Source of the DNA: a virus
Taxonomy: Duplodnaviria > Heunggongvirae > Uroviricota > Caudoviricetes
Direction: 5' to 3' (one strand)
Virus record (IMG/VR): IMGVR_UViG_2703718769_000014
Length of the DNA stretch: 22,196 bases
Position numbers and translations under genes: made by a program
Notes under the pieces: model-generated
What the model was told of the DNA's origin: nothing
The model's input: only the letters and a program-made list of their open reading frames with translations
Databases searched by the model: none
Part shown: positions 1 to 7,458 of the stretch, in pieces
How the letters are laid out: every line of letters begins with the position of its first letter
Position numbering within the stretch: the first letter of the stretch is position 1

Positions 1-1284
1 TTACTTCTTCGCCTCTGCAACCACTTTACTACCCACGCCGCGGTTATTGTATTCCCACATGCGGTTGTAGTTAGTGTCATTCAGATTGCGCTGTATTTCG
101 TCGTTATCATCTACGCTGCCGGTATTACCCGCAAACGGACGATTAGAGATCACCGCATCGGCCCACGGTTTAGCCGTGTTAAAACCTTCGTTGATGGCGC
201 TATCACGGATCACCACCTGACCGTTGGTATTGGCATCAACATCCAGCGAGCGGCCCAGTTGCGCCACACCATCACCGAAAGCATTGAAACGGCTGTTTAC
301 GGCGAGGAAACCGTAGTAAATGTTGGACAGCGTAGCCGGTGCAAACACATACGCTTCTTGCTGAGTACGTGAGTTCACCACGCGGAATTCGGTGTTATCG
401 AACACCACTGCGCCGCGACCAGAAACGATATCCACATCCCCTTCAATGTAGCTGTTGGTCACCAGCGTACGCGGCTGACGATTTGTTTCCAGACGGTTCT
501 GCACACCGCTGTTGGTGACAAAGAAGGTGTTCTGACGACCGAGAATGTTAACGTTGTTAATCTGTACCTGGTCACCATCAGTACGCAGTGCCACCGCCGG
601 ATGGTTACCTGCATCTACGCTATCGCCCAGCGTGTTTTCGATGGTCAGATTTTGCAGTTGCAGGCCATTGTTTTGTGACCAGAAGACCGCAGAGCAGAGA
701 ACACCGATACTGTCGCTGCGTTTGCTCTGGCAGCTATCGTACATATACCACGCTGGTTTACCTGGCATATATTTGCCGCGCGGGTTGACGTCGTGACGCC
801 AGTCGGCAGGGCTCATGCCACCATCAAGGGAAAGCCCAATCTTCACATCAATCGGTTTTTCACCTGTACCGTACAGAGTAATTCCACCCGGAGCGGCAGG
901 GACATATACCGTTCCCTGATACTCACCAGGCATCACGGCAATATACTGGCGCTTGTTGGTACGCTTGATAATTGCCGCATCTACCGCCGCCTGAATCGTG
1001 GTATGCGTTACACCTTGAGTGCCCGCCGGGCCGACAACAAAGTCAGGTTGCGCAGGCAGGGTAATCGGGGAAGGATTCCACGCTGCAGCACCTGGTGTCA
1101 GGGATGCAAAATAGTGTTGAGCATCGAAATTCTGCGCTTCTTTTGCCGACAGAATCGGGCGAGAAGAGGTACCAGGCGCGGTTTGATCAGAAGGACGTTG
1201 ATCGGGCGGGGTTGAGCTACAGGCGGTCAGCGTCACGCCAAAAGCCAATGCCAGCGCCAGACGGGAAACTGAAAATGTGTTCAC
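1..1284 (-). CDS. ybhC: YbhC-like outer-membrane lipoprotein (pectinesterase-family fold), chromosomal gene flanking the lambda attachment site
   Basis: Complete 427-aa ORF, ATG at 1284 and stop at 1-3. N-terminal signal peptide with lipobox LTAC. Sequence recognised as E. coli YbhC, the gene adjacent to att-lambda. Confidence 0.88.
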   Translation of the reverse strand: MNTFSVSRLALALAFGVTLTACSSTPPDQRPSDQTAPGTSSRPILSAKEAQNFDAQHYFASLTPGAAAWNPSPITLPAQPDFVVGPAGTQGVTHTTIQAAVDAAIIKRTNKRQYIAVMPGEYQGTVYVPAAPGGITLYGTGEKPIDVKIGLSLDGGMSPADWRHDVNPRGKYMPGKPAWYMYDSCQSKRSDSIGVLCSAVFWSQNNGLQLQNLTIENTLGDSVDAGNHPAVALRTDGDQVQINNVNILGRQNTFFVTNSGVQNRLETNRQPRTLVTNSYIEGDVDIVSGRGAVVFDNTEFRVVNSRTQQEAYVFAPATLSNIYYGFLAVNSRFNAFGDGVAQLGRSLDVDANTNGQVVIRDSAINEGFNTAKPWADAVISNRPFAGNTGSVDDNDEIQRNLNDTNYNRMWEYNNRGVGSKVVAEAKK

Positions 1285-1308
1285 AGGTTGCTCCGGGCTA
1301 TGAAATAG

Positions 1309-1412
1309 AAAAATGAATCCGTTGAAGCCTGCTTTTTTATACTAAGTTGGCATTATAAAAAAGCATTGCTTATCAATTTGTTGCAACGAACAGGTCACTA
1401 TCAGTCAAAATA
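1309..1412. other. attL of a lambda-type prophage: bacterial B arm, 15-bp common core GCTTTTTTATACTAA (1323-1337), phage P' arm with arm-type Int and IHF binding region
   Basis: Exact lambda core followed by GTTGGCATTATAAAAAAGCATTGCTTATCAATTTGTTGCAACGAACAGGTCACTATCAGTCAAAATAAAATCATTATTTG, recalled as the lambda P' arm; bacterial-type sequence GAAGCCTGC on the ybhC side. Confidence 0.9.
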
Positions 1413-1418
1413 AAATCA

Positions 1419-2489
1419 TTATTTGATTTCAATTTTGTCCCACTCCCTGCCTCTGTCATCACGATACTGTGATGCCATGGTGTCCGACTTATGCCCGAGA
1501 AGATGTTGAGCAAATTTATCGCTTATCTGCTTCTCATAGAGTCTTGCAGACAAACTGCGCAACTCGTGAAAGGTTGGCGGATCCCCTTCGAAGGAGAGAC
1601 CTGATGCTTTTCGTGCGCGCATAAAATACCTTGATACTGTGCCGGATGAAAGCGGTTCACGACGAGTAGATGCAATTATGGTTTCTCCGCCAAGAATCTT
1701 TTTGCATTTATCAAGTGTTTCCTTCATTGATATCCCGAGAGCATCAACATGCAATGTTGTTGGGATGGCAATTTTTACGCCTGTTTTGCTTTGCTCGACA
1801 TAAAGATATCCATCTACGATATCAGACCACTTCATTTCGCATAAATCACCAACTCGCTGCCCGGTAACAACAGCCAGTTCCATTGCAAGTCTAAGCCAAC
1901 ATGGTGATGATTCTGCTGCTTGATAAATTTTCAGGTATTCGTCAGCCGTAAGTCTTGATCTCCTTACCTCTGATTTTGCAGCGCGAGTGGCTGCGACCGG
2001 GTTTGTTGTTATATGGCCTTCAGCCATAGCCTCTCGGAATGCATCGCTCAGTGTTGATCTGATTAACTTGGCTGATGCCGCCTTTCCCTCGTCTATGTAT
2101 CCATTGAGCATTGCCGCAATTTCTTTTGTGGTGATGTCTTCAAGTGGAGCATCAGGCAGACCCCTCCTTATTGCTTTAATTTTGCTCATGTAATTTATGA
2201 GTGTCTTCTGCTTGATTCCTCTGCTGGCCAGGATTTTTTCGTAGCGATCAAGCCATGAATGTAACGTAACGGAATTATCACTGTTGATTCTCGCTGTCAG
2301 AGGCTTGTGTTTGTGTCCTGAAAATAACTCAATGTTGGCCTGTATAGCTTCAGTGATTGCGATTCGCCTGTCTCGGCCTAATCCAAACTCTTTACCCGTC
2401 CTTGGGTCCCTGTAGCAGTAATATCCATTGTTTCTTATATAAAGGTTAGGGGGTAAATCCCGGCGCTCATGACTTCGCCTTCTTCCCAT
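1419..2489 (-). CDS. int: Lambda-type tyrosine integrase Int
   Basis: 356-aa ORF essentially matching recalled lambda Int (MGRRRSHERRDLPPNLYIRNNGYYCYRDPRTGKEF... ending ...DDRGREWDKIEIK); placed immediately inside attL, 3' end overlapping xis. Confidence 0.97.
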   Translation of the reverse strand: MGRRRSHERRDLPPNLYIRNNGYYCYRDPRTGKEFGLGRDRRIAITEAIQANIELFSGHKHKPLTARINSDNSVTLHSWLDRYEKILASRGIKQKTLINYMSKIKAIRRGLPDAPLEDITTKEIAAMLNGYIDEGKAASAKLIRSTLSDAFREAMAEGHITTNPVAATRAAKSEVRRSRLTADEYLKIYQAAESSPCWLRLAMELAVVTGQRVGDLCEMKWSDIVDGYLYVEQSKTGVKIAIPTTLHVDALGISMKETLDKCKKILGGETIIASTRREPLSSGTVSRYFMRARKASGLSFEGDPPTFHELRSLSARLYEKQISDKFAQHLLGHKSDTMASQYRDDRGREWDKIEIK

Positions 2490-2685
2490 TTCTGATCCTC
2501 TTCAAAAGGCTACCTGTTACTGGTCGATTTAAGTCAACCTTTACCGCTGATTCGTGGAACAGATATTCTCTTCCATCCTTAACCGGAGGAGGGAATATCC
2601 TGCATTCGCGCACCCATCGACGAACTGTTTCAAGGCTTCTTGGGCGTCGCTGGCGAGCGTTCCACTCCTGAAGTGTCAAGTACAT
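2467..2685 (-). CDS. xis: Lambda-type excisionase Xis
   Basis: 72-aa ORF (MYLTLQEWNARQRRPRSLETVRRWVRECRIFPPPVKDGREYLFHESAVKVDLNRP...) matching lambda Xis; overlaps the int start as in lambda. Confidence 0.95.
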   Translation of the reverse strand: MYLTLQEWNARQRRPRSLETVRRWVRECRIFPPPVKDGREYLFHESAVKVDLNRPVTGSLLKRIRNGKKAKS

Positions 2686-2710
2686 CGCAAAGTCTCCGCA
2701 ATTACACGCA

Positions 2711-2734
2711 AGAAAAAACCGCCATCAGGCGGCT
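2711..2734 (-). terminator. Rho-independent terminator for leftward transcription between the 55-aa ORF and xis
   Basis: On the minus strand: GC stem CCGCC/GGCGG with 4-nt loop followed by a T6 run (AAGCCGCCTGATGGCGGTTTTTTCTT). The stop codon of the upstream small ORF lies in the loop. Confidence 0.6.
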
Positions 2735-2892
2735 TGGTGTTCTTTCAGTTCTTCAATTCGAATATTGGTTATGTCTGCATGTGCTATCTGCGCCCATATC
2801 ATCCAGTGGTCATAGCAGTCATTGATGTTCTCTGCTTCGATAACTCTGTTGAATGGTTCTCCATTCCATTCACCTGTGACTCGGAAGTGCAT
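2725..2892 (-). CDS. Small hypothetical protein, 55 aa, exo-xis region (below the ORF-track length cutoff)
   Basis: ATG at 2892, translation MHFRVTGEWNGEPFNRVIEAENINDCYDHWMIWAQIAHADITNIRIEELKEHQAA, stop inside the terminator hairpin. Same strand and position as the small ORF next to xis in lambda. Confidence 0.5.
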   Translation of the reverse strand: MHFRVTGEWNGEPFNRVIEAENINDCYDHWMIWAQIAHADITNIRIEELKEHQAA

Positions 2893-2974
2893 TTATCATC
2901 TCCATAAAACAAAACTCGCCGTAGCGAGTTCAGATATAATTTCCACCAAAGGCAGTAGTTGCTGATGCTAAGAA

Positions 2975-3403
2975 TTATTCAATATCTATTCCTGTAATAT
3001 CTTTTATCTTTTTCCTTGCAAAGCCTTTTGCTAGTGATTTTGAAACACTTATTAGTGTACTAATTCCCTCATCCTTAAAGTTTGTTTTTATAGTTTGCCA
3101 GACCTCCTTTTGACGCAAGTCAGCAATAAAATCATGCCCTCTTGCTGTCAACCTCAGTGGTACTTCGATCCAACTATATCCAACACCTTCCCCTAACTCG
3201 TTGGACATTATATGACCGAACCCAGGTTTTCCATCAACCCTGACTATTAATTCGTAGTCGCATAATAATCGCATATGGAAAATAAAATTTTGGTCATATC
3301 TATTAAAGCCATTATCCTCTAGTTCACTAAGCATCGTGTCAGGGCCATGAGTTTTTTCGAATGCGATAAGTAGATCTTTTAGATATTGCTGGTCTAATTT
3401 CAT
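2975..3403 (-). CDS. Hypothetical cytoplasmic protein, 142 aa, exo-xis cargo, no family recognised
   Basis: Clean ORF with GGAGG Shine-Dalgarno 6-10 nt upstream of the ATG at 3403; AT-rich compared with the lambda-like flanks; no signal peptide. Confidence 0.6.
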   Translation of the reverse strand: MKLDQQYLKDLLIAFEKTHGPDTMLSELEDNGFNRYDQNFIFHMRLLCDYELIVRVDGKPGFGHIMSNELGEGVGYSWIEVPLRLTARGHDFIADLRQKEVWQTIKTNFKDEGISTLISVSKSLAKGFARKKIKDITGIDIE

Positions 3404-3650
3404 TGCCGCCTCCGTGACATGTCACAGAGATTTATATCATTAATTTTGTTTCGTGCCAGCCTTTGGTCACCCAGCATTGTGAGTCACCATTACACGGGCA
3501 TGAATTAACAGGAACTCTCTCGCCGCACTTACCGCAACGTTTTCTGCTGATCGATTTTATACGTCAGCGCACACGTGCATCATCCTGGCGGCTCAGTAAC
3601 GCGATGTACTCACCAAACTCGTAAGGCGCATGCCTGAAGCGGCGCGTGGC

Positions 3651-3770
3651 TCAGTTACGATCCAGCATTTCAATTTCCTGAGCATCAAGTACAAGCTCCA
3701 GCTTACGCATACCGGATGATGCTTGCTTGGCTCTCTGATCGACTTTGCGCTCTGCTGATGATTTAGCCAT
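3651..3770 (-). CDS. Possible small basic protein, 39 aa (MAKSSAERKVDQRAKQASSGMRKLELVLDAQEIEMLDRN); speculative
   Basis: ATG at 3770 with a weak AGGA upstream; charged, helical-looking composition; sits between the two cargo genes on the same strand. Confidence 0.25.
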   Translation of the reverse strand: MAKSSAERKVDQRAKQASSGMRKLELVLDAQEIEMLDRN

Positions 3771-3965
3771 TCTGCTTTTCCTGCATTAGGAGAAAGACAA
3801 TCATGGCGGCGCGGATACTTCCGGTATCTTTTTACTCGATATTACCCTTCAATGGCACATACAAGAAGAGAGCCATCAACAGGAGTGAGTGAGGAATCGA
3901 CAACCAGCAACGCTTAATTATCTATAGTGTCGTATTTGCTTCATAAAATATGGCGAATAACACAA

Positions 3966-3998
3966 AGCCCGCAGCAGCTCATTGTGCGGGCTTTTCTT
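3966..3998. terminator. Terminator-like hairpin: 8-bp stem AGCCCGCA/TGCGGGCT, 11-nt loop, then TTTTCTT
   Basis: Inverted repeat seen directly, lying 66 nt beyond the 3' end of the 204-aa gene. U-rich on the plus strand and partly T-rich on the minus strand, so possibly bidirectional. Confidence 0.5.
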
Positions 3999-4063
3999 AT
4001 ACATACTTCCTAGAGATAATTCTATGGAGGCATTAAATTAATACTGTCATTGGTAATATCATA

Positions 4064-4678
4064 TTATCTAAAAGTCTTTCCACTTTTAACGTCTAGGTAT
4101 ATTCTGTTCGACAACGTCATTCCTCCGCAATATGTGAAATAGATGTTTTTCCCCTTATTGCTTGATGCCATCCACCCTCCGATTTCCTTAAAGTCGCTTT
4201 CCGTGCAGACCCCTTCGTTTATTAACTTCCTAGCTGCCGAAGAAAACTCTTTTTTGTATATACGGTAGTCATCAGATCCTTTGATTAAAGTATCATCTCC
4301 GCTCGCATTTTCAGCAGGATCTGATGGCCTTTCACTGCTAAGATCACTAAGTTTAACCCATTCTGAAAACTTGCCATTGACGATTCCGTTTTTTCTTGTG
4401 CAGGATTTATTACCTTCTTTAATATATTCGCTTTCCCCTCCCACACATGAGGCTGAATATGGCTCAGTTATACGAACCCATTCACCTTTTTTTTCTAGAA
4501 AATCTACGCCTTCCCTGAAAAATAGTTTCCCAGCCACTCCACATTTACTTGAAGGGCAGGTATGTCTTTCCGTTCGATCAACAACAACCCAAAGTCTTGA
4601 TTCATTTTTTGCCATTGCCGATGGTATTTGAGATGAGACAATTAACGTAAGCCCTAAAATTAGTATTGATTTTTTCAT
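4064..4678 (-). CDS. Secreted or periplasmic cysteine-rich hypothetical protein, 204 aa, exo-xis cargo
   Basis: N-terminal signal peptide MKKSILILGLTLIVSSQIPSAMA (predicted cleavage after AMA), seven Cys in the mature part, AT-rich codon usage, no recognisable lambda homolog. Confidence 0.6.
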   Translation of the reverse strand: MKKSILILGLTLIVSSQIPSAMAKNESRLWVVVDRTERHTCPSSKCGVAGKLFFREGVDFLEKKGEWVRITEPYSASCVGGESEYIKEGNKSCTRKNGIVNGKFSEWVKLSDLSSERPSDPAENASGDDTLIKGSDDYRIYKKEFSSAARKLINEGVCTESDFKEIGGWMASSNKGKNIYFTYCGGMTLSNRIYLDVKSGKTFR

Positions 4679-4976
4679 TGTAATTTCCTTTTACTTTTTA
4701 CAAAGCGTTTAATCATGGCTGATTATCTTTAAGCGTAGTAACAGCCTTGTGCGAAACATGTTACCAAATCGCCATTTCAGTGTATCCGCAGTTAGGCTGC
4801 CACTTCAAGGATTCCTAATTACATGGTACGTAAGCGTAAAATCCCGTTGGTTGTCGGGTAATAACTCTGATCAAATCTCCCTTGTCTTTTGCTCTTACGT
4901 ATGCAGCTCTTGTGTATTCAACCCAGGCCTCCAGTTCAGCAATACGCTTACTTCCATCCGAGATAACACCTTCTAC

Positions 4977-5228
4977 TCACGCTGCTCGTTGAGTTTTGAT
5001 TTTTGCTGTCTCCAGCTCAACACGCAGTTTCCTCACCGTTAGCGCAATATCCTCGTTCTCCTGGTCGCGGCGTTTGATGTACTGCTGGTTTCTTTCCCGT
5101 TCATCCAGCAGTGTCAGCACAATCGATGGTGTTACCAGCTCATGGAAAAGGTCCGCGTCAAATCCCCAGTTGTCATGCATTGCCTGCTCTGCCGCTTCAC
5201 GCAGTGCCTGAGAGTGAATTACGCTCAC
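4977..5228 (-). CDS. Exo-xis region protein, 83 aa; the reading frame continues for 53 further codons past an in-frame TGA down to 4818
   Basis: ORF translationally coupled to the upstream TraR-like gene (ATGA overlap at 5225-5228). The frame stays open from 4976 down to a TAG at 4815-4817, see findings. Confidence 0.5.
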   Translation of the reverse strand: MSVIHSQALREAAEQAMHDNWGFDADLFHELVTPSIVLTLLDERERNQQYIKRRDQENEDIALTVRKLRVELETAKIKTQRAA

Positions 5229-5446
5229 TTCGAACCTCTCTGTTTACTGATAAGTTCCAGATCCTCCTGGCAACTTGCACAAGTCCGACAACCCTGAACG
5301 GCCAGGCGTCTTCGTTCATCTATCGGATCGCCACACTCACAACAATGAGTGGCAGATATAGCCTGGTGGTTCAGGCGGCGCATTTTTATTGCTGTGTTGC
5401 GCTGTAATTCTTCAATTTCTGATGCTGAATCAATGATGTCTGCCAT
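5225..5446 (-). CDS. TraR/DksA-family C4 zinc-finger protein, 73 aa (lambda orf73-like)
   Basis: Translation has CxxC-x17-CxxC (C35/C38 and C56/C59) in a 73-aa protein, the size and motif of the phage/plasmid TraR family; position matches orf73 of the lambda exo-xis region. Confidence 0.8.
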   Translation of the reverse strand: MADIIDSASEIEELQRNTAIKMRRLNHQAISATHCCECGDPIDERRRLAVQGCRTCASCQEDLELISKQRGSK

Positions 5447-5544
5447 CTTTCATTAATCCCTGAATTGTTGGTTAATACGCTTGAGGGTGAATGCGAATAA
5501 TAAAAAAGGAGCCTGTAGCTCCCTGATGATTTTGCTTTTCATGT

Positions 5545-5826
5545 TCACCGTTCCTTAAAAACGCCGTTTAACATGCCGATTGCTAGACTTAAATGAGTCG
5601 GTGTGAATCCCATCAGCGTTACCGTTTCGCGGTGCTTCTTCAGTACGCTACGGCAAATGTCATCGACGTTTTTATCCGGAAACTGCTGTCTGGCTTTTTT
5701 GATTTCAGAATTAGCCTGACGGGCAATGCTGCGAAGGGCGTTTTCCTGCTGAGGTGTCACTGAACAAGCCCCATGTCGGCAAGCATAAGCACACAGAATA
5801 TGAAGCCCGCTGCCAGAAAAATGCAT
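5545..5826 (-). CDS. Exo-xis region hypothetical protein (93 aa as listed; more likely 71 aa from the GTG at 5760)
   Basis: C-terminal 70 residues look like a real helical protein (TPQQENALRSIARQANSEIKKARQQF...); the N-terminal 22 codons overlap a hydrophobic 27-codon ORF in another frame, so the start is ambiguous. Confidence 0.5.
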   Translation of the reverse strand: MHFSGSGLHILCAYACRHGACSVTPQQENALRSIARQANSEIKKARQQFPDKNVDDICRSVLKKHRETVTLMGFTPTHLSLAIGMLNGVFKER

Positions 5827-5840
5827 TCAGTGGTTGTCAT
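5757..5840 (-). CDS. Possible 27-aa hydrophobic peptide (MTTTECIFLAAGFIFCVLMLADMGLVQ)
   Basis: ATG at 5840 overlaps the stop of the upstream 63-aa ORF (ATGA); its TGA overlaps an in-frame GTG of the downstream ORF (GTGA). Looks like a single transmembrane helix. Confidence 0.3.
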   Translation of the reverse strand: MTTTECIFLAAGFIFCVLMLADMGLVQ

Positions 5841-6028
5841 ACCTGGTCTCTCTCATCTGCTTCTGCTTTCGCCACCATCATTTCCAGTTTTTGTGAAAGG
5901 GATGTGGCTAACGTATGAAATTCTTCGTCTGTTTCTACTGGTATTGGCACAAACCTGATTCCAATTTGAGCAAGGCTATGTGCCATCTCGATACTCGTTC
6001 TTAACTCAACAGGAGATGCTTTGTGCAT
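5837..6028 (-). CDS. Exo-xis region small protein, 63 aa (orf63-like by size and position)
   Basis: 63-aa ORF overlapping the upstream 60-aa ORF by 28 nt, as I recall for lambda orf60a/orf63. Confidence 0.6.
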   Translation of the reverse strand: MHKASPVELRTSIEMAHSLAQIGIRFVPIPVETDEEFHTLATSLSQKLEMMVAKAEADERDQV

Positions 6029-6183
6029 ACAGCCCCTCGTTTATTATTTATCTCCTCAGCCAGCCGCTGTGCTTTCAGTGGATTTCGGATAACAGAAAGG
6101 CCGGGAAATACCCAGCCTCGCTTTGTAACGGAGTAGACGAAAGTGATTGCGCCTACCCGGATATTATCGTGAGGATGCGTCAT
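6001..6183 (-). CDS. Exo-xis region small protein, 60 aa (orf60a-like by size and position)
   Basis: ATG at 6183 gives a 60-aa product whose start overlaps the exo stop by 4 nt (ATGA); the ORF track lists the same frame from an upstream ATG (6189). Confidence 0.5.
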   Translation of the reverse strand: MTHPHDNIRVGAITFVYSVTKRGWVFPGLSVIRNPLKAQRLAEEINNKRGAVCTKHLLLS

Positions 6184-6821
6184 CGCCATTGCTCCCCAAA
6201 TACAAAACCAATTTCAGCCAGTGCCTCGTCCATTTTTTCGATGAACACCGGCACCATCTCGTCAAAACTCGCCATGTACTTTTCATCCCGCTCAACCACG
6301 ACATAATGCAGTCCTTCACGCTTCATACGCGGGTCATAGTTGGCAAAGTACCAGGCATCTTTTCGTGTCACCCACATGCTGTACTGCACCTGGGCCATGT
6401 AAGCCGACTTTATGGCCTCGAAACCACCGAGCCGGAACTTCATGAAATCCCGGGAGGTAAACGGGCATTTCAGCTCAAGGCCATTGCCGTCACTGCATAA
6501 ACCATCGGGAGAGCAGGCGGTGCGCATACTTTCGTCGCGATAGATGATCGGGGATTCAGTAACATTCACGCCGGAAGTGAATTCAAACAGGGTTCTGGCG
6601 TCGTTCTCGTACTGTTTTCCCCATGCCAGCGCCTTAGCATTAACTTCCGGAGCCACACCGGTGCAAACCTCAGCCAGCAGGGTGTGGAAGTAGGACATTT
6701 TCATGTCAGGCCACTTCTTTCCTGAGCGGGGCTTGGCTATCACGTTGTGAACTTCTGAAGCGGTGATGACGCCGAGCCGTAATTTGTGCCATGCATCATC
6801 CCCCTGTTCGACAGCTCTCAC
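6180..6821 (-). pseudogene. exo: Lambda exonuclease (Exo/RedX) lacking about 13 N-terminal codons; 5' end is a deletion junction
   Basis: Translation matches lambda Exo from [27 protein letters not shown] to the C-terminus GFVFGEQWR. There is no ATG; the frame opens at a GTG and an upstream stop. bet is absent and a ren fragment follows. Confidence 0.85.
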
Positions 6822-6841
6822 GTCGATCCCGGTAACGCAGA

Positions 6842-6973
6842 TCGGATGATTACCGGTTCGCTACCAGGGAAGAACGGGAAGGAAAGGTGAGCACGAATCT
6901 GATTTTCAAGGAGTGTCGCCAGAGTGCCGCGATGAAGCGGATGTTGGCATTTTATCGCGGCAATTTTCAATAG
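6842..6973 (+). pseudogene. ren: ren 3' fragment (C-terminal about 43 codons)
   Basis: Plus-strand frame reads ...[41 protein letters not shown], matching the recalled lambda Ren C-terminus ([30 protein letters not shown]...); no start codon or N-terminal part. Confidence 0.75.
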
Positions 6974-7010
6974 ACTATGTACATAAAAATATCATTTTTT
7001 TAATACATGT

Positions 7011-7217
7011 CTAATTATTGGACGAAATTGGTTTTTGCTTTGGTTTAGTTAGCCTAGCAATCAAGCCAGAGGCAATAATGATGATCCAAGCAATTTGATG
7101 CAATGCTACTCCAATATAAGAACCTTTATAGATAATAAAGGCATAGATCGCTAGAAACGAAATAAATATCCATAACGAAAGTTGATAAATTTTGGCGCGC
7201 ATATTTAATCCAATCAA
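7011..7217 (-). CDS. Small integral membrane protein (two predicted transmembrane helices), 62-68 aa
   Basis: Two hydrophobic helices (LSLWIFISFLAIYAFIIY and IAWIIIIASGLIA) and a basic C-terminal tail; AT-rich; divergent from the lipoprotein operon. Confidence 0.4.
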   Translation of the reverse strand: MIGLNMRAKIYQLSLWIFISFLAIYAFIIYKGSYIGVALHQIAWIIIIASGLIARLTKPKQKPISSNN

Positions 7218-7458
7218 TCAGAAAGACGAGTAATCATAGAGGTACTATCACCCGGGTAACTATTGCTATTATGAACGGATAGGATAGAGGCTTCAATAAC
7301 ATATGCATCAAGTATGATGGAATATGTAGGTGAAAATGACTTGTGTCAAATTTGTGGAAATGAGTACCATGTTTCTCTGAAATTGATGTCGTTAATGGCT
7401 AGTGATAGTGAACTTTTTTACTTTATAATTCCTTTGGTTATAACAATAAGGTAAATTT

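Noticed and set aside
545-1316. Several plus-strand ORFs of 66-140 aa
   Set aside because: All are embedded antisense within ybhC, which is a complete, recognisable gene on the minus strand.
2554-2907. 117-aa and 61-aa plus-strand ORFs
   Set aside because: Antisense to xis and the xis-proximal 55-aa ORF and crossing the terminator hairpin; no supporting signals.
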